Assembly (NCBI RefSeq): GCF_018350175.1
Contig: NC_058382.1
Span: 60,266,001 to 60,330,000, forward strand
Direction: 5' to 3'
DNA from: Felis catus
Lineage: Eukaryota
Length of the DNA: 64,000 nt
In this document: piece by piece, positions 32,167 to 45,474 of the stretch
Position numbering within the stretch: the stretch's first letter is position 1
Layout: the number at the start of each line of letters is the position of its first letter
The notes under the pieces: model-generated
What the model saw: the letters and a program-made list of their open reading frames with translations, nothing else
The model's database searches: none
Told to the model about the DNA's origin: nothing
Position numbers and translations under genes: made by a program

Positions 32167-35079
32167 TGACGCTCGTAAGCACACAGTTGAATGAGGGAAG
32201 CCAGGCTGGTTCCACCAAGAAAAGCCGCCCAGCTGAGCGCCCCACGCTGCGTCCGTCAGGCTGGCACCCCACCGGGGCCTCCGCCTCCACGCGGCTTTCC
32301 CCGCGGGCCGTGTGTCCACCTGTCCGCGAGCCCGTCACACCCAGGGAAAGTCTCAACAGCACGGAAGGGCCCTGGAAATCAGGCAGCAGCTTCGCGGGGG
32401 CCTCAGCACACGCCTTTGCTTTTCCCTCGCGCCGCGGACCCAGAGCAGGTCGTCTTGGCCCCGACGGGGCCTGCAGGACGCTGGCTCACGGGGCACCGCC
32501 AGGCACCGTGCAAACAGCTATTTCACAAACGCGTGCACACACACGCACGCACGCCAGCGTCCTCCCACTTAGAGATTTCAAAGGAAGACCGAGGCAGAGG
32601 GTCTCCGAGAGCCGAGCGCCCCTCCCTCGAGGTCTGGGGCCTGGAGGGATGGGGCCCAGATGTTCCCACGGGCCAGGGCGGCCTGGGAACTGTTAATTAG
32701 ACGGCAGATGAGTTAGAAGCCCGCGCTGTATTTGGGCTCGGGAAACAACTATTTTTTACGTTTTGCTGACAGTCCGACTGATTCCAGATAAAGCCGGGTG
32801 GGGGGGGGAAGGAGCCCGCCGGCTTCGCGAGGACGCGGCTGAGACCGAAGGTTCCTTACTGATGTGAAATGTCACCGGAGGGGAGGAGACCACGTCTCCG
32901 GGGGCCACTTCAGATCGGAGAGAGTCGGTTCGAGGGGCGGGTGCTGGGGAGGCACAGAAGGTGCCCCCGCAGCCCCCGGACCGACCACCGCAGAGCTTCA
33001 CGCGTCCCCACAGCCTCATCCCCCTCCCAGGAGGGAGGCCAGCGCGGCTCTAGTGTTCCTGCCCAAAGTGCGCGGCCGGAGGCTCTGAAAGACAGCGGGC
33101 GCCGGCTCCCTTCAGGTCCGCCCAGAGGCTGTGCCAGAACACGGTCGACTCTGAATTCCTCGCGGCTTCTGAGTGTGTGTGTGTCACAGTGTTGACTCGC
33201 CCCTCCCCCGAAGCCACCTGGGACCGTGGACCGGGAAGAAGTGTCTGGTCGGCGTCCAACTTCTTGGCAAGACACGAGCAAGCTCACAGAGGACCGACCA
33301 AGAGGGCGGGGGACCCTGGAAGGTTCCCAGGCACAGCTGCTGGCCGGGAGGTCCGGACTGACACATGGAGTCCTGGAGGAGGACGACGAGAGGGCTGGCC
33401 GAGCAGCAGAGACCCACGTGGGCGAGGGTCCGCTCGCGAAGCCTGCATAAGGTCCCCTCCCTGGGCAGGAGCCCCTGCTCAGGGCAGCAAGCAGACACCC
33501 GTGGTGAGGGGGGGGCCGAGCGGGATACCCCTCCTCGCAGGGACGCCACACGGGGACCACAAGAGCACGTTCGATTTCTGCCCAGGTAGTTGGGTGAGGA
33601 AAAGAAGGACATTGTGCAGGGAGCAGTGCCGAGAAGCTTGATCAGACTGTGCCTGCAGGCGACCCCTTGTGTCCGTGGGCGTCCGCATGTGGCCATGGCA
33701 GTGTGCAGGGAAAGCCGAGCGCCACTGAATCGCTGACGTGGATCTGGGTGGGGACAGGGAGGGTGACCGTGGGGAGAGCCTTTAGCTAGGGTCCTGTCCC
33801 TGTGCGCCGGGGACTGGAGTGTGGCAGTCGTGAGGCCGGCAGGCCCTGGTTCTGCGGCTTGGGGCTATCTGTCTAAACACTCGCTTGTAATCCACAGAGT
33901 CTGCTGGTGGCTGAGAGGCAGCTGTGTAGACAGTGACCAGCGGAAGAAGCGGCTGTGACCACGGATCGCAAAGGTAAGGAGTGTGCTCTCCTCTCCGCCG
34001 TTTCGTTCGGCCCCACCTCCCACCTTATTTTACTGACGCTGTCGTCGCGGGTCGCGTTGCACGTGTGTTGACGCTGGTGCGTGGTCGGTGTTGAGCGGAC
34101 GTTGGCGCGAGGGTCGGGGTGACCGTGGACAAAGAGACGTGACCCGGGCTCTGAGTGGTTCTCGGGAGGCACCGAGGGTGGAAACCGTCTTCGGCCCCAT
34201 CCCGGGCGATTGATGGGGACGGCTTGGCGGCCGTGCTGGCTCGGGAGGGCGGGAGGGCGGGGGGAGCCCCGGGTGGGGGCCGCGGGCTACAGACGGGTCA
34301 GGAATAGCGCCTCTGGGCCTGCGTTTTTGGCCTGAGCCACGGGGACCACGTCAAAGGCGGGACCTGAGCACTGGGTAGCAGCCCCCCGGTGCCCTGTTGA
34401 GAAGCACCCGGGGTCGTCGCTGGGCCTGGAGGGGACGGAGGTGCTTGTGTTGCCTCGGCCTCCGCCTTTCCGACTTCCGCCGGGAAGGGAGCGGTCTCCG
34501 GACATCCACCCTGCCGACGAGGCTGTGGCAACATCTGGAGCCAACGTGTGCGGCGGGAGCGTGTGTAACAGGTGGGGTGCGGCCGGGGGGCTTCACAGAG
34601 CACGCAGCCGGCGCGTGTCCAGACGCCCCCTTGTGACCCGACACCCTCACCCGCCAGCTGGTCCAAGTGCCTGCCCGAGAAGGCACCTGCGCGCATGTCC
34701 TCGTGAGGTCGGCCGGCCCGCGGCGGTGGGATGCCCGTGGCAGGCGGCCGCCGCGTCTCACGAACCCCGCGGGGACCAGCTGCTGGTTCCTGCACCTTGT
34801 AGAACCCCGCCCCCCTCCGGAAGTGGCTTCCTGGCCTCCCAGGCTTCTTTCTGATAAGGTTTTGGGGGGGGGGTGCAGGGTGACCCGGGGGGGGGCACTA
34901 CTTTCCGGCCGGCACACGGGCTCCAAAGCGCCTTGGCATTCAGCTTAACGGGAACCAGCGGGGCCCGCGCGAGGGCGTCAGGAACGGGGCCAGCGTGTTA
35001 CGTCCCATCTGCCAGCCCGTTCTCTTCTCTCGTGTCTGAGGATGCGAGACGCTGCCGCACGAACGGTCTGTTTTAGCCT

Positions 35080-35267
35080 TTGACATTCACGGGAGCCAGC
35101 GGCGAGTGTAAGCGGCTGGCCGTGCGGGGCGCTGGCGGGGGCCACAGGCGCCTTTCCGGGGCGATAGAGACGGCCCGTATCTCGGCAGGGTTTGGGCCAC
35201 GCCGGCCGTGGTTAGCACGCTCACAACGTGCGCACTTTCCGTTTGTACATCTTCCCTGAAGATAAAC
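35080..35267 (+). mobile_element. L1MC/L1ME-type 3' end, GC-shifted
   Basis: 'ctttccggggcgatagagacggcccgtatctcggcagggtttgggccac' parallels 'ctttctggggtgatggaaatgttctatatcttgataggggtttgggttac'. Confidence 0.6.
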
Positions 35268-38200
35268 CGCATAGGCAGATACCGACCCGTAGGTGACGTC
35301 TGCGAGCCGGAGTGTCCAGGGATGCTGTGTGTGGCTGTCTGCCCTTCCGCTCTGGAATGCGTCAGAGACAAAGACCATCGAGGGGCAGACAGAGGGGAGG
35401 CCGGGCGGGGTGAGCCGCAGGGGTGAATGATGCCCCCGGGGTCTGGCCCTTCTCTCTCACCTGCCCCCGAGCTTTGCGGGGCTCCCTCGAGTCACGGCCC
35501 CCGGGGGTAGAGGACCCTGCCCGTCTGAGCCGAGGCCAGGCGCCTCTCCCGCGTGCGGGCGGGTCCACGTCACCCGCTGGGCGGGGAGGGGGACTGGGCG
35601 CGGGCGGGGACCGACGCGGGTATACGTGGTGGAGACAGCTGATCCGACAGGTGCGGGCTTCCTGCCGACTCACAGTCAGGCCCCGCGTCCCTTGGCGGTG
35701 GCTCGGCCCACGGGGGGCACCAAGTCTAGGAGGCCAGCATTCTGTCTGTTTCTGAGCCGCCCACACACGTGAACGCCCGGTGGTCCCGGTCAGCGGGCCG
35801 GGGATGTGATTCCTACCCTGAGATGGCCTTTGGCCTTGGGGGTTTCGCTCATCCTGTCCCTCCTGAGGTGGATGAACCCCTCCAAGCCACGGGTCCCCAG
35901 TTGCTCCCCCAAGAAGCCCCTGTCCTTCCCACAGAGCCCTTTCCAGGGTTCCTCCCCGCGTGGCGCAGGGGACGTGGGCCTTGAGTCCCAGGGCACCAGG
36001 CTAGCTGTCCTTACTGCCGAAATCTGACGTTTTCGCGGGTCTCGGCCCCCAGGTGCTCGTGCACCTGCCTGTTCGCTGCGACCTCCCCCGGGAGCCAGCC
36101 CCCACACTTTCGGGGGCAGCTGGGCATGTGGGGGCTGCAGACAGCGGTCCCCGACCTGAGCCGCGCCCCTGCCGGTGCTTTGTCTCCAGCAGGTCCGGGA
36201 GGGAGTGCGGTGTCTGCCCCCGGCCCTCCTTTTCTTCTTCAGCCAAATGGCGGCATGGCTCCCTTCCCTCCCCTTCCCCTTTCCCCGCGGTTATGAACAC
36301 TCGCCGTTTAGGACCGCGAGCTCTGCGAGGCTTGGGGAGAAATCACGCCCTGCAGGTCCTCCCCTCGGCACCGGTTCCCGCTCACTTCGCGCAGCGGATT
36401 CTCGTGGCCTTTGCCCCCGTGTCCCGATTCAGGCAGCGTGTTCATTCCCCACCACCTGGCCCCCTTGCTTAGGTCCACGGCAGCGCTGACTGGGTGCCCC
36501 TCGCACAGCCACGGTTCCGGCCGGGTCTCGTCGTGGACCACGACTTCCTTTCCTTTGTCGCGCCCTGGTCACGAGGGTCTGGGGTCTCTGATGGCTGGCT
36601 GAGGTGGCCCACCCAGCTCGGCCTCCCGTGCACCAACCGCCAGCTCGAACCCGGCTCCCTCCCAGTCGCGGGAGTCCCCTCCCGGTACCGTCACACACGT
36701 CAGACCGTCTTCCGTCCCGTCTCTGTGAAGAAACCTCTTCCGGAGCTTTCCGCCTGCTCCAGCCTGGACGGGTCGCGCTCCGTGCCTGGTGCGCGAGGGG
36801 CACTCTGGGAGCCTCCTTCCTCCACCTTCCCGGAAGTGTCCTCCCTCTGCTCTGGTGCCGGTCCCCCCGTCCCGAGACCCATCTTTCACTTTGGTGCTTT
36901 ACCCCCTGTTTCCCTGGCGTACCCGCAGGAGCTCCCGGGGAGGGTGACCGGGAGGCGCCCCGTCGAGGAGTTGTGTGTCTTCCGACGTGTTTGTTCTGCT
37001 CTGTCACCCGGGCCCCGTGGCGGCAGGACCCGTTTTTGATTCCTCGTGTGTATCTTTGTTTCACTTCTCTGGCCTGGAACGTTACCTGCTGCCCCTACAC
37101 CCACCCGAATCTTTCCGTCTTCATGGCCACCTCCTCCGGGAAGCCTCCCCCACCTCCTCAGTCCTGAGGGCTTGCTTCTTTCTTGTGGCCCTCATGATGC
37201 TTCCTTCCTCCAGTACTCCTTTGTCAGGTACACTCCTCTGTAGTCGTGAACTCAGCACAGGTTTCTTGAGCACCTGTTACGTGTGTCCGAGGACGACTCC
37301 ACGATACGGGAGGGCCCCGTGACGCCAGCCAAACCACCGCTTGCCACGTACAGGGAGTGACAGAGACCCACAGAGTTCAGGGACAGCCTGGCCAGGAAGG
37401 ACCCAGCCCAGGCATCCTGCCTTCCTGTGGTGATAAGGACAGGGAGCCTTGGCACACCGACGGGACAGATACACCGAAACACCCACCCTCGTGCCATAAG
37501 GGATCCGTATTACTTTTGCCATCTTACAAGCGAAGAAACCGAGGCAGACAGGACAGCCTGGCTTGTGAGGGATGGCGCTGGGACCTCCCTGCGGGGTCAG
37601 ACTCCACGGAGAGGCGTGCGCGGGCCGCGTGTGCCTGCGCCCTCTCTCGGTCCGCGAGATCCTGACAACAGACGCTAGTCGTGCCCCAGCCAGCGGACTT
37701 CCCGTTAGGATCTGTGGGACCAAGTGCGCAACCTTCCAACCACAGGCCCGTCGCGTGTCTTATGTGGTGGGGGAGGGGATCCCTTGCAACACCGCGTACC
37801 CGGAAATAGCTTTCTCTGGCCAAGAAAACTCATTCCGTCGTTTAAGGCCACGGGCATTCCTGAGTGTCCGGAGCCCGGGGCCATCTCAGAGCCTGGGGGA
37901 GGGGGGGCACCCCCGGCTGGGCACCGTGCGTTCCCAAGTCGCAGCCACCAGGCGCTCCCCTGGGGCTCCCACGGCAGCGGCGGACGGCGTGGGTCGGGTG
38001 ACCCGTCCCAGAGAGACGAGGCGGTGAGCGCACACGGGGCCGCGGCCACAGGCTCCTTCACACCAGCAGGAACTAATATGCGGTCCGAGCCGCCACCGAG
38101 GCATCCACCCGGCTTTGCATTTCCTCTGCAGCTGACGGACGGATTTTCAGATGAAAGGCAAAATTTCCTGTGCTCTTGATCTCGCGGTTGTCTCTTGGCT

Positions 38201-38446
38201 ACTTCCCGCTTCGTCTTGAGCTGAGCCCACGGGGAGGGATAAAGATGCATTTTTTTGCGGAGAAGGGGTGGGTTTTGGAAGTTCTTCCAGCGTGGCAGGC
38301 GACGCCCCTTCTCCAAGGGACTTGTCACCCCGCACGGTGCCTGGGTCTGTGCACGCCTTCACACGATGAGCTAGTGGGGGCTCCGTTCAAAGAGCCCCAA
38401 ACAGCAGCACGTTTGAGACTGAGTCATGCTCTTCCTAAAGGATTCC

Positions 38447-38655
38447 TTTTTTTTTTTTTATGTTTATTTATTTTTGAGAGAGAGAGCGAGCGAGCGAGGG
38501 AGGGGCAGAGAGAGAGGGAGACAGAGGATCCCAAGCAGGCTCCACACTGTCAGCGCAGGGCCCCACGCGGGGCTCGAACTCATGAACCGTGGGGTCGTGA
38601 CCTGAGCGGAAACCAAGAGCTGGACGCTTAACCCACTGAGCCACCAAGGCGCCCC
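38447..38655 (-). mobile_element. CAN-SINE, antisense
   Basis: Poly-T, 'atgtttatttatttttgagagagag', 'cccaagcaggctccacactgtcagc', 'ggggctcgaactcatgaaccgt', ending 'ccaccaaggcgcccc'. Decayed 16-bp TSD tcttcctaaaggattc / tccttctaagggattc. Confidence 0.95.
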
Positions 38656-39585
38656 TCCTTCTAAGGGATTCTTAAAGACGTTAGGGCCCTCACCTTTCCC
38701 GCGTGATCTCACCGTAGTGAACGTTGGGCACATAAACCATCCTGGCTCTGAGGCGCGGGCGGTAAATAGGTGTGGCTTGGGTTCCTGCGTCTCCAGCCCC
38801 AGGCCCACCCCCAGGCGGAGCCACAAGGCAGCTCTGCCAGGTCGGGTTTTGCACAGTTTTGTGGTCATCAAAGCGTGGCATCCCGTGGCTTTTCGACACA
38901 CGTCTGCGGAATGAAAGAGTGAATGAGTGAATGAGTGAATGAATGAAGTAGCAGCTGGTCGGGCGCAGGTGACGAGGAAGGAGACGCACGGGGCTGGTGG
39001 AGCCGCGTCACCAGGGCTGCGGTGGGGAATCCGCGAGTCCCGCGTGTGGCGGCGCCCATCTGGAAGGTGCCGAGCGGCAGGCGAGCCACGGTGACGGGCC
39101 GGGCGCTGGAAGACGGGGAAAGGGAGAGAGGGGATGCCGGACTGGGGGCTGACGTGGAGGCAGGCGGGAGCCCGGAGACCTCGTCAGCTGGGTGAGAGGC
39201 CAGACCCGCTGCAGACTGGCCACGGTGTCCACACCTGCCAGGGAAGCGTCCGGTGCTCTCCAGTCACTACCCTAAACCGTTTTCCCACACATCAGCACCG
39301 CCAGCCTGTGATGGAACGTTTTTTTTTTTCTAGCTAAATTTGATTTGCACCCAAGCTTTTTTGAACTTTAATTCCCTGGTCTTGGATCATTTATCCAACA
39401 CCGGTCCGCGAGACACAGTCCTTCTGAGGAGCAATCCTGACAGTTCGAGCCCAGTGCCCCGGGGGGGGGGGCCCGGGGTCTTCTTCATCCTTCCTACAGA
39501 ATGATGGAGAACAATGGCAGGGGCCCTCCTGGCAGCCAGTAACGTGAACCCACTTCCCCCCGCTCTCCTGCGTTGATGGAGGCCT

Positions 39586-39765
39586 GTGGGTGGGTGGGTG
39601 GCTGGGTGGATGGATGTGTGGATGGGTGGACGAGTCAGTGGATGTAGTCTTCCTTCCTTCCTTCCTTCCTTCCTTCCTTCCTTCCTTCCTTCCTTCCTTC
39701 CTTCTCCCCTTCCCTCCTTCCTTCCTTCCTTCCTTCCCTCCTTCCCTCCTTCCCTCCTTCCCTCC
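39586..39765. repeat. Short (TGGR)n followed by (CTTC)14 within a 118-nt pure pyrimidine tract
   Basis: (CTTC)n at 39649-39704. Pyrimidine-only from 39648 to 39765. Confidence 0.95.
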
Positions 39766-42700
39766 AAGTAGGTGCAACCCTTGCCTAGTGCTGTCTCCCT
39801 ACTTCCCCTGTGGTTTAGGGCATGTAAACTCAGCCTTCAGTGCTATATTGCAAACCTACTCATTCAATGCCCATTAAATGCATGGGTCCATGGTCTCTGC
39901 CTCCAGAGCTCCCAGTCTGGTCAAGGACACGGGCAAGACATACAAACTCACATGACTGGGTGGCATGTTCTTTGAAGGAAGGGGCCACCCATCCATGAAG
40001 CCTTTCCTGGTGACCTGACTCCCTTTCCTCAGGGAACCTGAGGTCCAGGGGCTAAAAACAAACGCCTGCTCTCTCTCTCAGAGACCCTGAAGCCCCTCAA
40101 CCTGGGCCCTGGCCATCCCTGCAGACCAGTACTTGGGGCAGGAGATGATTGAGTAGGTTGACACCAAGAACGTTTGTGCAGGCCCCTCACCTCTGGGGGC
40201 GTCACAGACAAGGCCGGGGGTTATTCCGGAAGGGTAGACAGCAGGTTCTTGGAATGACTGAAGACTGGTTCACAGCCCATGCTGGCAGGGTCACCGCCGG
40301 CCCCCAGGCAGCACACGCCCCTCCAGCCCCGGGACCAGCAGGGTCGAGGTACATGGCGGGTGCCAGTGGCCTTTGATGCCCCTCTGCCGACGGGTCGGCT
40401 GTGACGGTCTATCGTGTGCGGGCTTTGGTTAGAGCTGCTGAGAGCTCTGGCCTGCGATGCGGCGGCTTGGCTGTGCCCACGGACACCGTGCCCCCTGCAC
40501 ACGCGAGACACACGTGGGGAGGGGTCCGGACGATGCCCGGGGGTCAGCTTCCTCCACCGCTGCACCCTGTGGCGCTGGGAGGGCACATGCCAGGAGAGTC
40601 ATTTCTCCAGGAGGGAGCTGGTGAACACGTGGCCAGGACTGCCCGTGCCTCCTGCACGCTGGACGTCACGGCAGACGTGATTTCTGCCCGTCGAGGCACA
40701 GGTCCCATCTGGCATGCGTCCGGCGGCCTGGTTCTCACCTGGGGCCTGCTCTGCAGAGGATATCGCCTCTCAAGGGCAGGAAGCGGCCCCGCCTGGCGTC
40801 GGAGACCCTGATGTGTCGCGACAACCCTGAGGCCACAGAGCAGGACATCTGCCGGCTGATCCCGGGGCCCAGGGGCGGCGAGGGGGCTCGGCTGTGCCGC
40901 TGTTTGGAGGCGGGGACATTTGGTGCCGGTTGGGTCAGAGGCACACACACGGCTGTGGAACCGGCGTGCCTCCCAAACTTGGGTTCTCGTGTTTCCCGCC
41001 CCCTGGCCCAGAGCGCCAGATGCCGTCTCACGCGTGGGCGCCGTGCCCCGCGGGACCCTGTGACCTGCAGTCAGCGTGGGTGCAGACCAGCTGGCCGAGC
41101 AGCGGCCAGTGACGGGTTGGTGCTGGCGGCCAGCGGGCGTGTCCCCTGGGTCTCGGTGACACCTGCGGGCGCACGGTGCGCCCTCAAGACCCGACGGGGT
41201 GCCAGCCCCCGTGTGACAGGCCCGCCTGCTGTCCGCACCCGCTTTTGCCCTCTTCTCCTGAGCAGGTTTCCCGAGCGCTGTCGTGATACCCTTACCGTGT
41301 GCCTCCCCGTGTGGCCTGGGGGCTCGGGCCTTGGGCCCGGGGCACCACCGACAGCACACAGCTGGGACAGACCCCCGCCCCTGACCCCCCGTCCGCACCT
41401 GTCCTTCGACTTGGCCGCCGGGAGGGAGGGAGGTCTGGCCCCGAGCAGATGGCAGGAGAGGGAGTGGGGGGGGCCCCGGGCTGTGGGAGCACACGGGGCC
41501 TGCTGCCCAGAAGGCAGATCCTTCCTGTCTTTTCAGATTTGCAAATGGGCCAAATCCTTTAAAACCGCACCTGCAGACAGGAGTCCCCCGTCATTTGGCC
41601 CACCGCCGGCCTGCTGCAGCGCCCAGGGTGGGGACCGCGGCCCTGGGCCCCGAACCGCGGGCTCCCCACGTGGCCCCGCCTCACTTCCTCGGCTTTGAGG
41701 GAGGGCCTGTGGGCCATGGCTCCCAGTCCCTGAGCGGCAGCCACCGGAGGGCCCTTCCTCCCGGGGTGGACCCCCCACCATAGCTCGCCAGGCCGGGTGT
41801 CACCACGTCCCACGACCACCCTGTCCCCAGAGGAGCCCTCCACCGCCCGGACCCACCCGGGAAGCTCCGTCCGGACCAAGGCTGGAGGCCACCACAGGTC
41901 CACGGCGACCCAGACGGAAGCCATGGGGGGCGAGACCCAGACGCGTCCCCAGCTGCTCCCACGGTTCACACTGGGGCGCGCGACACAGAGGCACTTAAGG
42001 CTCTCGTGACTTCAGACTCGTGTTCGGAGCTGCCGTCATGTGCCAAGGGGACTCGGCCCAGGGCCTCCGATGGAGGCAGCCATCCGAGCAGAACCCGCCC
42101 TCCCGAGTGGGTTCCTCCGGAGACAGAGAGCCCACAAAGTGCAGGCGGGAGGGCATCCCGTTAATGGACGGGTCTGCGGGAAATTCCTCTCGGCTCTGAA
42201 GCCAAGCCCCACGCCCCACAGGGCCCACACCTCCCGCTTGAGGAGCGGCCCCTCTCCGGCCTCGGGGCGGCCCTCCTGATTTTGGGCTTTGACCGTGAGC
42301 TTCTCCAGCCCAGGTGGTGCAGCTGGGAGGCCACAGCTGGGAGGCCACGGACACAGAGCAGGTGTTTGCTGAGCACGCAGAGTCCGGGCCTGTCCTGCCA
42401 GAGTCTCCGGGCTGCAGAGGGCCGGCCGGCCTGCCAGGGCCGAGGGGGACAGAGCAGGGTCAGACAGGACAGAAGGTGGGTGCTCCAGGCGCGTTCAGGT
42501 TGCCCTTTGGAACGGGAGCCATAGGGAGCCTGCCCGCGGCTCTAGCTTCCGTGGACGCATGGCAAGGACACCATCTTTGATGATCTGAGGGGGCTCGTCT
42601 CGAGGCTTCAGCTTTCTGGGGCCACAGGCTGGACCCGGCGGAGACCCGCCGCTGGCCGTCCACGGTGGGCGTCGGAGCCTGGGGTCTCAGGCACGGCAGC

Positions 42701-43983
42701 CTGTCTCTTCTGGGGCAGTGGCTGTGGGTCAGACCCTATAGGAGCCACCCCTCCGGACGCGGCCGCTGGAGACCAGAGGGCTTTCCCTCTGCAGGGGCCC
42801 TCGCGCGAGAGAGATGCCCAGGGTGACGGCGTCTGCCCCGAGCTTCCCGCTCTGGATTTATGAGGCTAGCACTGCCCAGGGGGAGCTGTGGGCTGGCGGG
42901 ATATTTGTTGGAGGGGATCGTGTCTATACGGTGGCTCGTGTGTGGTCTCTTTGCTGGCTGCTGTGACGGAGACGGTGCGGCCCTGCAGATGAGGACGGAC
43001 CCGGGGTCCTAGACGCCTCGGAGCCAGGCCAGGAGGGCCCAGCTCTGTGCGTTTGGCTCACACCGTCCGACCTGCGTTGTTCGAGGGGACAAAGAACTGG
43101 GATGTCTCTACCCTGCTGTTGGTGACTTCTCTCGGCCCCGAGGCCTCTGATTTCAGCAACGCTGGTGGGTGGACGGCGTCCACGGACGGAGCCCGGTCCC
43201 CGCACAAGCCAGTGGCCTCACCAGCTGTGGCCCAGGTCGTGCCGGACGCAACACCTTCTCTTCTCCAGTGGAGCTGGACCCCACGCACAGGGTGCACGTC
43301 CCCCAGCGAATCTCGACAGCGCTTGGTGGCGCCCCTGGGCCTTGCACACACAGGCGCTTTGGAGGTTGGCCACAGTTGGATGTGCCCGTGGCAGGGAGGA
43401 CTGGTGTCCCTTGGAACACCGAACAGGCAAGCATCAGTGGTGTTTTAGAGTCCCAGCCCCTGGGGGCCTCCGCAGGGACCCAAGAGCTCTCACTGGAACA
43501 AAGCCATCGCAAGCGCGCCTCACGAGAGACTCAGCTGGGGTGGGGGACGCAGGCGTTTGCCCGTGTCTGGGCCAGGTCGTTAGTCCCGAACATGCCCGTG
43601 TGGGGCACAGGGAGGGCCTGCGGGGCAGGAAGCCTCAGGAACCACTGGAGGAAACTCTTGGGGCACCGGCTGCTGGTCAGGGTGGCCTCCCCTCAGGTGT
43701 CCCTGGGGAGGATGGCTTTGTTTCTGCCCTCTCGTCTGTCACCTCCGTCTGTGCACGCCCTTCTTGTGAGCTGTTGGGAAACGCTGTCACACATGCCCCC
43801 CTGGCCCAGCAGCACCCCCCCCCCCCCCCCCCCCCGCTCAGGGCTCTGCGTCCCAGGCCCGGACGGTGGCGGGCTGTTGTCAGGGTGACAGTCCTAGTCC
43901 CAGCTGCTTCCAGGCCCTCACCTTCACGACAGCGTTTGTGCTGAGGACGTAATTGCGCCCATTTTAAAGACACAGACACTGAA

Positions 43984-44224
43984 GGGCGCCTGGGTGGGAC
44001 TCAGCGGGACTCAGTCGGTGAAGCGTCCAACTTCAGCTCAGGTCGCGATCTCACAGTCCGTGGGTTCGAGCCCTGCGTCGGGCTCTGTGCCGAGAGCTCG
44101 GAGCCTGGAGCCTCCTTCAGATTCTGTGTCTCCCCCTCTCTCTGTCTGCCCCTCCCCTGCTCATGCCCTGTCTCTCTGTCTCTCCCTCAAAAATAAGCAT
44201 TACAATAAAAAAATAAATAAATAA
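43984..44224 (+). mobile_element. Felid CAN-SINE inserted into a MIR core
   Basis: Full SINE body with an A-rich tail. The flanks 'cccattttaaaga' and 'gaaactgaggctcagagaag' rejoin into the MIR core. Decayed TSD aagacacagacactga / aagacaaggaaactga. Confidence 0.93.
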
Positions 44225-45426
44225 TGAAGACAAGGAAACTGAGGCTCAGAGAAGCTCACGGCCCCACTTTGGTGTGGCCAACCTCAGCTCAAACACGGCC
44301 TTTCCCTGCGGGGCCCGTGAGAAACAGATGTCCCTGGCGACCTTGACCAGGAGGGTCCGGGTCTTCCTGGTGGCCCGAGACCCAGGATGTCACTGACACC
44401 AGGGCGGACATCGGAAAAGGCGGGACGGAGGTCTGGCCATCTGCCGTCTGACCCGCTGTCCTTGCTGCTGGCCGGGGAGGCCCCGAGCTCTTATGAAACA
44501 ATTACATATGCGCCCAGACGGTATTAATGGTAAAAATATTTCATCTCTGAGTCTGGCCGGGTCTCTCAAGATAAAGTTCATTCCTCTTTTGTTTTTCCGA
44601 GAGTGAATCTATTTAAATGTTGTGCTTCGTGTGTGCTAACAATCGGTTTCAGTGGTTGCTTCCCTTGGCCGAGTGAGCGCGGCCCACCCTGCCGGCTTCC
44701 CAGCACCCCTGCTTCCGGCTTCCTCCCATCAGGAGGACCCCGCGTCCGCTGCCTCCCCCTGCTCACGGCCACGTGTGCCCCTGGGGTCCCCGGCTGGGAA
44801 GGCGCTGGGTCAGGGCCGTGCATAGAGAAGGTGCTCGTAGATGCTCGCCGGCTGAGAGAGAACGCACGTCAGGACGAGGGGAGGCGGGCCGCGTCCTCTC
44901 TTTCCCGGCTCAGGCTCTCTGTCTGGACGGCGAGAGCCCTGACCCTGCTTCTCGGGCTCCCGGTCGGCCCACCTCACGGAGACCCCCGCCTCCACCCTCG
45001 CGGTTCGGCTCTGTGCCACGTGAGTCCGCCCCACGGCCTCGGCCCAGAATTGGCCACCGGGCTGCCACGAAGGGGGAGGCGCGGCGATCCTCCCAGAGCG
45101 GGCAGTGTGAGAAGCGTTCAGAGCCCAGCAGGGTGGGTGGCCCCCGGCCCCGAGTGCCCCAGCCCCGGCACGGCTCGGACGCCAGCCTCCACACCGTTCG
45201 TCCCGCTGGAGCCTGAGGGCGCGGCCGCCGTGTTCCCTTGGTCTCTGCCCGTAGAGCCAACACTTTAGTCCCCGCGAGCTCTGGGCCCGATAACAAGCCT
45301 GAAACTCTGTCCTCAGACTTGGTGTCTACAGGCCTCAGCCAGAGTGGTTCAGAGCTGCCATTGGCCGGTGTGGCCACTGCCACGTGAGTGAATTACAGTG
45401 AAATAAAGTTAAGACTTCACGTCGTC

Positions 45427-45474
45427 GGGGCGCCCGGCTGGCTCATTTGGTGGAGGGTGTGACTCTTCAGCTCG
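45427..45474 (+). mobile_element. Isolated CAN-SINE tRNA-head fragment
   Basis: 'ggggcgcccggctggctcatttggtggagggtgtgactctt' matches the older CAN-SINE head. The body and tail are missing. Confidence 0.6.
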
